Shown here piece by piece: positions 36,201-45,297 of a stretch of DNA of 45,297 nucleotides (the stretch's first letter is position 1; each line of letters starts with the position of its first letter). Source of the stretch: Albugo candida (Eukaryota); the NCBI GenBank assembly GCA_040437565.1, contig JBDOQK010000056.1, forward strand, positions 186,001-231,297. The letters are read 5' to 3'. A program made the position numbers and the translations under genes. The notes beneath the pieces were generated by a model. It saw only the letters and a program-made list of their open reading frames with translations. It had not been told where the DNA came from and searched no databases.

Positions 36201-38482
36201 GACACCACCGGATGATCTTGATAGTGAAGAGAAACTCGTGTGGGAAGACATACTGAGCAACAGTGCCGTTCCTGTAAACAGTGATTTCAACGAAGCACTG
36301 GAAATCAAAACCCATGAGTTTGTTGGCTAAGTTACGGAAAGTCTACAGGCTGAACAGAATACCCAAGATGATACAACTTCAGATTGGAAGTAGAGGTCAG
36401 CGAAGGTTTTGACAATGATATTGCTAGCAGTGAAACTGGTAGCAACCTCGAGGATTGGGATGCCGGCCGAGTCAGCCGGTCAAGTCACAGATCTGGCTAC
36501 AGTGGAAGAAATCGTAGACAGCTCGCAAGCCGTTGAGCAAAAATACAGCTATTTCATTGAACCAGAGAACGAACGTGAACTTAAAACGGATCACATTACC
36601 AAGCAACAACTAGCAATACCCCACAATCAATCAATTGGACATCGACGTCCAAGGGGAGTCGAAATTCGACGGATACGCGAAAGAAAACGCACCAAGATAA
36701 ATGCAAAGCTACTGAAAGCTGCTAAATTGAAACATTCACTGCCGTCTGAGAATGTAGTAGAAAATGGACGTATGCGATTAAAGCATTACAAAGTGTATCC
36801 AACATTCAAGACATCAAACATGGATCGTCGTGGGCAGCGTGGATTACACGAAAAGGACATCAAAATCCCTAAAAAGTATCACCTGGCCATGCGATCAAAA
36901 CACGCAGAATTCTGGCGAAATGCAATGGATACTGAAATTGCCTCTTATAAGAGAAAGAAGTGTTAAGGGAAATTCCTCGTTAGGATATCCCAAGTGGACA
37001 ACAAACTATCAGAACGATGTGGGTCTTCGATATCAAAACAGATCAGTTAGGCTACGTGGTGAGTTTTAATGCACGAGTTGTGGCGAGGGGTGACAAGCAG
37101 AGGCCTGGTATCGATTTTAAGGATACCTTCTCCCCTGTGGCAAGCATGGCCACATTCAGTGATGTTTGCTGCTGTGTGCATCTTACAAGATCTCACAATC
37201 TATCAGGTGACATCAATACCGCCTACCTCAATACCCTCCTGAGCATCAAGCAATTTCTGGAGAAAGTCGAAGGCTATCCTTGCAAAAAAAAAGAATTGTC
37301 TACATCATGGACAAAGCACTCTATGGATTACGTCAATCTGGAAGAGAGTGGAACAGCGAAGTGAATCACTGGTTTGTTGATTGTGGATTTATGCAATCTG
37401 CGATAGAAACATGCCTCTACTTCTACGATCATGACGTCGAATTCACGATTGTACTGCTCTACGTGGATTACATTTTATGCGCAACCAAAAATCTAGACTT
37501 CAAGATCAAAATGTTTGAGTTGCTGGACAAGTGTTATGGGTGGAAAGATAAAGGTCTGTTGAACACGTACTTGGGTGTGCAGGTGAAACAGAACGAACAT
37601 TCCACAAAGATCCACCAGACAAAGTATTGCCAAGAAATTATTGAGCGCTTTAATTTCGGTAATGATCACCCAAGTATAATTCCGATGGAGACCAACACAC
37701 GTTTGACTGTGGTGGACACAGATATGGAACAAAGAAAACAAATATCCGCAAATGGAAAGACTTTTCCATACCGAGAGCTCGTCGGGTCATTGATGTATCT
37801 CGCGACTTGTACCAGACCTGACCTCGCATATCCTGTTTAACAATCAAGCTGCTACGTGCAGAATCCTACGCAGAAGCACATTGGAGCCGCAATAAGAGTC
37901 CTTAGGTACCTGACTGGCACGACGACACAAGGAATTGTATACTCTCGAAACATGACAAAATACAACAATCAATTTTGACTGTCGATGGCTACTGTGATTC
38001 TGACTGGGTAAATGACCCCGACACACGAGAAAGCGTTACCGGTTTCGTGCACTGCCTTGCTGGAGGTGCAATATCATGGGCTTCAAGACGCCAAAGTATC
38101 GTGGCCCAGTTAACCGCAGAGGCAGAATATGTCGTGGCATGCGAAGCTTGTATGGAGGACAAGGGCTACGGAACGTTTTACTACAAGTTTTCTCAAACGT
38201 CAAGCCTATTTTCCGTATGGGGATTGACAATCAAGCAGCCTATATTATGGCAACGAATACTACATACAGCCGTAGAGCAAGACACATTGAACTGCGTTGG
38301 CATTACGTCCGAGATCAAGTGGCAAAAGGAAATGTGGAGTTATAGAAAGTCAAGACTGACTTAAATCCATCAGAATCATGACAAAGCCTCTTGCCAGTGA
38401 AAGACTCGAAAGACTGAGCTCAATGATCGGTATGGCCAAACTACACCTTTCCAAAGTGATGGACTTACTTTGGAGGAGGGCG

Positions 38483-38673
38483 TGTTGGAAATCTACATCT
38501 ACTGAATACAGCGACGGTAAATTGAAGATCTTCACTGATGGAAGACCACGATCTCGTGAAGAGTCGTAGACAGTGAAAGGTCGAAAGAGAAACAAGATAG
38601 GTTGCTAGGGATTTCTCAATATACCTTTCAAACAGCAAGTCATTGTGTGTTATCTTTTGTACTGTTTCTAACA
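38483..38673 (+). repeat. 3' LTR (191 bp, TG...CA)
   Basis: Follows the PPT. By manual alignment it differs from the 5' LTR by about 11 substitutions and two small indels (5 and 2 nt). Confidence 0.95.
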
Positions 38674-41600
38674 GTAAGGATTCAATCATGAACTGTACGA
38701 GTCAGGATTCTCGCCAGTCAGCAATCTGCACATACTATCATCTCTGGCGACAAGAAATCTCACCTATTATTGGCTTTGATACGCGCGGGAACATCGGAAT
38801 GGTAGGAGTTGGATCTGATCTGACAGCAGTCTCTGGATGATCGCATTGCACAGAAGGCGAGTGAAGATTCGGAAGCAAAGAAAGCGCTCTTGACATGTCG
38901 AAACCTCCATCGAGTCAAATTTACTTGATATCAACATCTATATATCTTCGTTGGAAAGGCTTTAAGTCGACCGGAGTCGCGTGTTGCATGGAAAGAGTCT
39001 GATGAGCCGCAGTCTTTATGGAGAATGAGCAGCTGGTATTGGATATTGATCGATTTTATTCGTTGCTCCGACTGCATGTGGAGGATGTGGGCAGAGCTTA
39101 TTGAGTCGATATGGACACAATATGCACGTATTTTATCGTAGGGAGCTTGCCAATCTCATAGGCGAAGTGGAACCATGCTTATCAACGCCAAAGTCAATGA
39201 GGGAGACCAATGAGGAAGAAATAGTGGCAGTTCCAATGGTCAAAACGAACAATTACATTGTTGAACAAGCCAAAATGACTGAGCACTTCAAAGAAGAAAA
39301 TCAACAAATTTATCTGTGGCAAAGGGATATCGCTGGAGCCATTCAAGAAGTCTACCGATGTATAGGAAACGCCTCAATGCCCAGGACTGAAAAACTTCAG
39401 GCGACAATTGCAGCTGCGAAATGTGCAACGACTGGTCGAAAACGTGATTGACTCCTTCGGAATACGTGCAAATCACAGCAGCAAAATTGCATGTGGACAA
39501 AGCCACAATTCGGAGGCAGCTGCAAATGAGCACCGATTCAATCGATTCATGCGACAGCGGACAATGGTTGTGCTTAATTTCGCACTGATTATCAGCGCAC
39601 AACCCAAGAAAAGCCTTAAGTTTATTCTATCGAACCTGTTGCATTGGGAGTCGTTGTTACGATGCCGGCAGTATTACAAAGAATAGTTTTTCCAACCAGG
39701 TGATGGCGTCGTCACACATGCGGCACTAGAGTTCTTACTGCCGACATGCGAAGTCGAATAAACAGTCATTTTTAAGAAGACTTTTCCCAGCATCAATTTG
39801 AACGAAAAGAGTAAACTTTCAGTCACAATCACATTGGAAAATGTCGCATTACATCTTCGAATGACGCGATTTGCTCCATTGTGGATCTTACGGTCTCTCG
39901 TGCTCTATAACGGCTGAAATCAACATGACAAGGCGACGTTCAGCTGTCTTGTGGATTGCATTCTGATAAAAGAAGAAAAGAACAAAGTGTTGGTTGTTGC
40001 ACAATGAGATTAAGACCAAATACCAATTTCTCACGTCGTCTGTGCATGACACAGACCAGAAGAAGACGTGAAAGCTGCTATTACGATCTGGAATCACGTA
40101 TCGTGCCGCCATCTTTGTCATATTCGCTGATCTGAAGCTTCACAATAGAGTGTTCATCTGGACAAAAGACATTGGAACTCCTCCAACTCAAACCCAGGAA
40201 GAAGAAAGATCGATTCGAATTGTCACTCGCAAACCCTAATTTACAAGAATATGAACCCTATATGCCGCTACCAACACCTGGAAGGGATCAAATCGAGCTC
40301 TTCTTCTGCCTGAAGCGCGTGTCTATGCAAGCATTCACGATCGAAAGCCCTCGGTAGTGGTAAAAGGATTTGCAAAGAATATAAGCGTCGCGTTCGCCAT
40401 GTCAATGAGACAGCTTATGATGAGAAAATCAAATCACAGTCAGACGATTTGAGCTCATGACACTCTACTACACGCAAATACCAGCGGAACGATGCATTTG
40501 GATGTTTAAATTGCGTAATTGCTCAATACTGATCGTATTTCGTCCACTGCTATCAGTCGTCCCCGTGCTTTTGCCGACTAAAGAAGAAGATGATAACACT
40601 TGTATCATTTACCTGGGAGCCGAGTCAGCCAGATAAAAGATAGCTTCAGAATACTATATGCAAAGAACGCCGGTGTATGTGGAAAAGCTTCCGCAAGAGC
40701 TCTATCCAATTTCACTTGCGCTCTTTTTCTCGGAAGTATATCGATCAAAGATGCAAACTTAGTTTGGTAGGAGTCCACCTTGCTCAAGTCGAAGGTCTTG
40801 GCCCTGACCTTCGATACGCACATCAAACTTGCAGCCTCTAAGCACACGACGCCGCCAATTTGCCCTTTGCCGACGCGTTAAAGCCGTGTTCTGTGATGAT
40901 CTTTGACGACGAATGAAGGCTCGATATGAAGTCGTTCGGAACGATCTTAAACTGTGATATTGCTTGGCATTGGGTGCTTTGACGTTTCATCGAGCACAAG
41001 TGGCTCGACACCTCTATGACGTACTAGACGACCTCCATAAAATCAGAGAATCTTTAAAAGTAGCACAATCAGCCGGTAACAAGACGACATTCTCGAGGAT
41101 CATCATCCGAAAGCACGTACGTTCGAGTTGGCGATTGCATTGTGCCTCGAGAAGAACATACAAAGCCTCAAGCTCGAGGGAAAATACTATTCAGTACATC
41201 GGATTTTACGCTGAATCTCTCGCGTAGTAATCTGGGGGTCTTTATCAGCATTCTAGCTTCACTGTATGACCCCATGAAGGAAGAGCAAGCTGTCAAATCG
41301 AAACGATATGAGCGCCAACATCGCGTAGATCAAGCACGCGAACGGCTCCAAGACGACCAATATGGAACGTCATACGAAGCCTTCCATGCTCGTGATGACG
41401 ATAATGGAAGATCGGTGGACGCCGATGAAGTTTACCAGTCTTTTTGATTTCTTTCACATGGATTATTTGAGTCGGTTTGCTTAAAAAGTGTTAGCAATTG
41501 CGATCAGCTTACATAGTACGGACTCGAAGGCACAGAAATAGACTTTATCTCCATCGTGGATCGCAATCGGAGTGGTGGTATTTCCTCTGAAAAGTTTGGA

Positions 41601-42159
41601 GTCGCACAGAGTCGTGAGAAGATCGCACATACCTCCTTGCATTATGACGGCGTCATGCGTACCGGATGCGCGTACGTCCAAACAATTTTTCAAGCTTCTA
41701 CAGGTTCCCTTCTCAATCGACAAATCCCAAGCTCAAGCCTTTAAGCATGCCAAGACCGCATCCTTAATTACACAAAGCCAAACTGCGCCAAAACGATTTG
41801 AGTATACAATCATAAAGCAGAAAGTGTGGTGCTGACTCGACCTGAGAGCGCTACAATTGGTTCGGAAGTAGAGGCAGAGTAAATGTCGTTGACGAGATAT
41901 TGTAGCGTTCGGACGATAAAGGAGATTTGAAATCCGCTGATATACAAATGAATAAATGGATCTCAAGAATCCAAACCAGAAGCTTATAAAGACTATGGCC
42001 TTCATTCCATTTTAAGTGTTATACTTTCTCCTGGTCGACGACATGTTACCTTTAGCGCTGGGGGAATTAGACATGGAGGTCTTGGAATAACTCGTGATGT
42101 ACAGAAATTAGTGCATGTGGGCGAGCGATGTATCCGCTGGCAAGGACGCCCCGACTTTG

Positions 42160-43140
42160 AGTGTGCGTTCTCGTGCTCACACTTCTGCGTAGGGGGAGCT
42201 CAGTTTCGATGTATAGAAAGTATCACAACATTAATGCTCGTCAAGTGGAGTCGTTCTTGACGTATTATCGTGAACTTGGTCGTTTGGAAGCAGGTCGAAG
42301 CTTTACGAAGATTTTGCATACTTTGGAGCGATACTTTAATCTCAATAGACGTCAGCGTTTGTCCATGTGTTCAATAAGAAGTTGGCTTCCTTGTATTCGA
42401 TTGAGAGGTGAAAGAGCGTCTGTTGGAAACCGGATCTACTGATTGCAGCGACGGTAAGTTGAAGACCTCCACTGGTAGAGGGTGACCATCTCCTGAATAG
42501 TCGTAGGCAGTGAAAGGTGGCAGAGAGACATAAGATAGTTGCTAAGGGAGTTCTCAATATACCTTTAAAACTATAAGTCTTTGTGTAAGACCTTTGGTGC
42601 GGTTCCCAATAGCGTCAACGAGCTCACATCGATTAAGGAGGCGGTCGGTCTTGGATGCGTACGTAATGCATCGGGAATGCTACCCAATTGCTACGTCGTG
42701 TGTAGAAGCAAAATTATGGTGGAAATGTACCCTCAAATACCTGCCAGCTTATACGAATTGTGTCTCAAATACCAGCTGTGCCGCCGGACGGAGCACACTT
42801 CTACATTATGCTCAAAGTGGGAGAACACCAAGAAGCGTATAAACAGAAAAATAATTTCTTAAAGCATTTCGTAACGCCGGTATCGATAGAGCTGAAAGCC
42901 AGTAAAGTACGAAATGTACTCCGAGTCATTAAATGCGATGAGACTGGTGGAGCTTCCTCTGGCTGCACTTGGATAAAAGTGGATAAACACGACTTTGAAG
43001 GCGATCTGACACGCGCTGTGGACGAGTTTATGGACATCGCGGAGACGGATATATCGGTAGATGTGTCATTCGAGGATTTCAAGGCTGCAAAAAGAAAACA
43101 GCCGAATGATAACCGATCGATTCATCTCACTGGAAACTGA
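42160..43140 (+). pseudogene. Unassigned degenerate ORF split by a solo LTR
   Basis: Removing the LTR and one TSD copy gives a continuous frame, EVGFLVFD*EVKERQRAHID*GGGRSWMRT*CIGNATQLLRRV*KQNYGGNVPSNTCQLIRIVSQIPAVPPDGAHFYIMLKVGEH..., ending in the open 126-aa ORF 42760-43140. Confidence 0.45.
42421..42611 (+). mobile_element. Solo LTR of a copia related to the 33016-38673 element, with perfect 5-bp TSD
   Basis: TGTTGGAAACC...CCCAATA, clearly homologous to the other two LTRs; flanked by GCGTC at 42416-42420 and 42612-42616. Confidence 0.92.
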
Positions 43141-45297
43141 AGGCTTCCACAAGATTTCGTTTGTCGATGTGAGGTAGACGAAGGTGTACGATCTAAAAAG
43201 ACGCTATGGGACACTAAAAAAGAGATCGCTATCGAGTGATAATATAGTGAAGACGTCAATCTTCAGGTGAGTCTCGAGGATCCATAAAAAAAATAGTTTA
43301 AGCGAGCACTCGCGTGTCTTCATCACGGCAAGGAAGTTAACACTACTTATTTTTGAATCGACTGCTAATATCAAGAGTGTCGCCGGCTGCATCTTTCGCT
43401 TCTCATCATATTCAATATTGTCCTGTCCATTTTTTCCGGCTTGCTATCTGGCGCCGGGCATATTCAAAATGGAACGGGCAAAAAGATAATGCATTTCGTA
43501 CGATTCAAATGGTCGAAACGAAAAAACGTGATGAGAACCCTTCCTCGCTATTTCATACCGACAATTTTCGCTGAGAGAGACGAAATGGAGTACTTGTTTG
43601 CCGCTTTCGGTGAAGAAATAAAGGCTTTTAATGCAAAGGATCAACGCGGTCGAGGATGGCCTGCAGTGAAGAGTACTGATCGCGTTGCTCGAGCTATGGG
43701 GGACACCATGATCGCATCATCGACAACTCAAGTTTTCAGGTGTCTTGAACCAAACGATCGTACCCGTCCAGTGCCATCATCGACGACCAGCCAACTCTTG
43801 TGGAAGGCTGTATCTATTGATTGGTGGCTTAACACTCTCGATATTCATACACAAATCCGTTCCGACGCTATAAAGTTGCGAATCGGATGGAAAAATCGGT
43901 CTGCTCAATTATTTCTCATTTTTCACGTAAATGAATGATCGTCAAATTTACCTGGGAAGTGGGCAATAGAGGTCTTTTGATTGGCTCTCGAGCAAGTAGC
44001 TCTGATCGAGATGCGTCTTTGTGCCAGCACCAATGAACCTACAAAGAAGCAATCATGTAGTATTCCATTACTCATCTATCTGTATGCTACGTGTCACATC
44101 ACGTGCGTTTCTCCGGCCAATACGAAAGAGTTCAAAGTACCATTGTATCATAGTCTGGCATGGTCTATAGATTCCAAATTAAGAGCGAGATCATCCACGA
44201 CAAGTCGTCTTGCAGGCCCCATTTTGGTTTCAATCGATGTGGCTTCGACTTGGGATAGCACACCCACAAAGGATATTCGTGCTTCACAGAAGACCATCGA
44301 ACGTACTTTAGAGGTGCAGTAAAAGCTGTGGGAATCCCCATTATGACACCAGAACCGCTATCATGCTCCCTACTGCACCAGCGTTTGAACAAGAGCTTTG
44401 AGAGTCGGAAAATCGGTGTAATTACGTTTCAGTGCTTCCATCGGGTCTTCTCCCTTCATCCCCGTTTGAGGTGCGAGCAGCCCCATGCCAAGTCTTCATA
44501 CGGAAAGTATGTATTATCTCGCCTCGTTACGTGCTGAATTCCGTCTCACGACGACTAGATGCGATGGCAATCATGCTGGAGGACAAAGATGAAGCCCTCC
44601 CATTGTACCGACTCGTGAGGTTTCCGAAGTTACAAGCTGCAATACACCTTATGACCGATGTCTCTGGGGCCTAGGAGTCACAAATTTCGTGGTTGGTGGA
44701 TTTGAGTAAAGCAAAATTCTGAACATGCAGACATCTGGAAGACTATCTTGCATGCGGTGTAAGCTTTCGGTACACGCAGAAGAAGCTGATGAAAGACATC
44801 TACAAGACACCTCGCTACCGTATCGAGAAGCGACCGACTCGACATACCACGCAATAATTACAGGCCAGTGTTGAAGACTTTCATTAGACGATGCTGAGAC
44901 CGTTCATAGCGCATTCATACATGTGGTCTGTCTGATCCTTTTGTATCCTAATTGACACTTTGAATGTATCCGTCGAAATGGCAAGTCTAACGGATATCAT
45001 ATCATGAAAATGGGTGTCAATAGAGGATTGCATTGGAGCATTGCGGCGGAATAACGCGAAAGTTGGAGGTAGAAGAACCTACGACTTACAATCTTCTCCG
45101 TGAAAATTGCAATTTTGATGACTGATGGCCGATCTTCTGATTGATTTCGCTTCACGGGATCAGCGTATTGATTTTCAACTCGATACCTCGCAAAGTTGTG
45201 AAGTTTCCAATGGATCGATTCGAATTGAGTCAAAGCCAGGAATACGGGAACTCTGTGTCGCATTACACCACATTGAGCGATGATATGACACCCACCA

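Larger units (their letters stand above)
33016..38673 (+). mobile_element. Full-length but pseudogenised Ty1/copia LTR retrotransposon
   Basis: 5' LTR 33016-33213, PBS GGTTATGAGCCCA at 33215, gag knuckle CFHCGGDHFKRDC, protease WYFDSGS, WNERLGH...CADCHFGKQ, integrase LTDKGQEF...LVERTHQ, RT ARVVARGDKQRPGIDF, LYGLRQSGREW, LLYVDY, RNase H GYCDSDW and HIELRWHYVRD, PPT TGGAGGAGGGCG, 3' LTR 38483-38673. Flanks GTAAC / GTAAG. Confidence 0.96.
38674..44900 (+). pseudogene. Probable shattered pseudogene of a very large VPS13-like (bridge-type lipid transfer) protein with EF-hand-like loops; interrupted near 41.9-43.3 kb and possibly starting upstream of the copia at ~32750
   Basis: Many co-oriented broken frames with amphipathic strand/helix motifs (LCDPCHIVL before the copia, NLHILSSLATRNL after it, LSVTITLENVALHL, FTLNLSRSNLGVFISILASL), EF-like DDDNGRSVDADEV and DRNRSGGISSEKF, and IQNGTGKKI. 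Family assignment is tentative. Confidence 0.35.

Noticed and set aside
1..45297. tRNA, rRNA, prokaryotic operons, defence systems or endogenous viral genes
   Set aside because: None recognisable by eye; spliceosomal introns and eukaryotic TEs account for the content. A tRNAscan/Infernal run would be needed to exclude small RNAs.

Overview
Eukaryotic draft-assembly DNA, most likely a flagellate oomycete (Albugo-like by inference: compact genes, 47-68 nt GT-AG introns, an INR+FPR core promoter, short-LTR copia elements, retained Cdc14). Nine 100-N gaps are present, most flanked by duplicated contig ends. Bases 1-15.2 kb are gene-dense: a CABIN1/Hir3-like C-terminal part, CDC14, an LC8-family dynein light chain, a protein with two NmrA-like domains, a membrane SDR, an orphan putatively secreted protein, a BCAS3/ATG18-like WD40 gene and a gap-truncated SelT-like gene. 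Bases 15.3-45.3 kb are mostly dead transposons: a MULE cut by a copia LTR, copia fragments, an intron-containing hAT inserted in a copia, a full-length dead copia with both LTRs, PBS, PPT and near-TSD, and a solo LTR with a perfect TSD. Among them lie a serine palmitoyltransferase LCB2 gene with one frameshift, a probable shattered VPS13-like pseudogene and an unassigned pseudogene. I found no convincing novel multi-gene system. The best leads are the tightly packed CDC14/dynein-LC/double-NmrA locus, the orphan effector candidate, the intron-bearing hAT and the LCB2 frameshift. All family calls come from motif recognition by eye; no searches were run.
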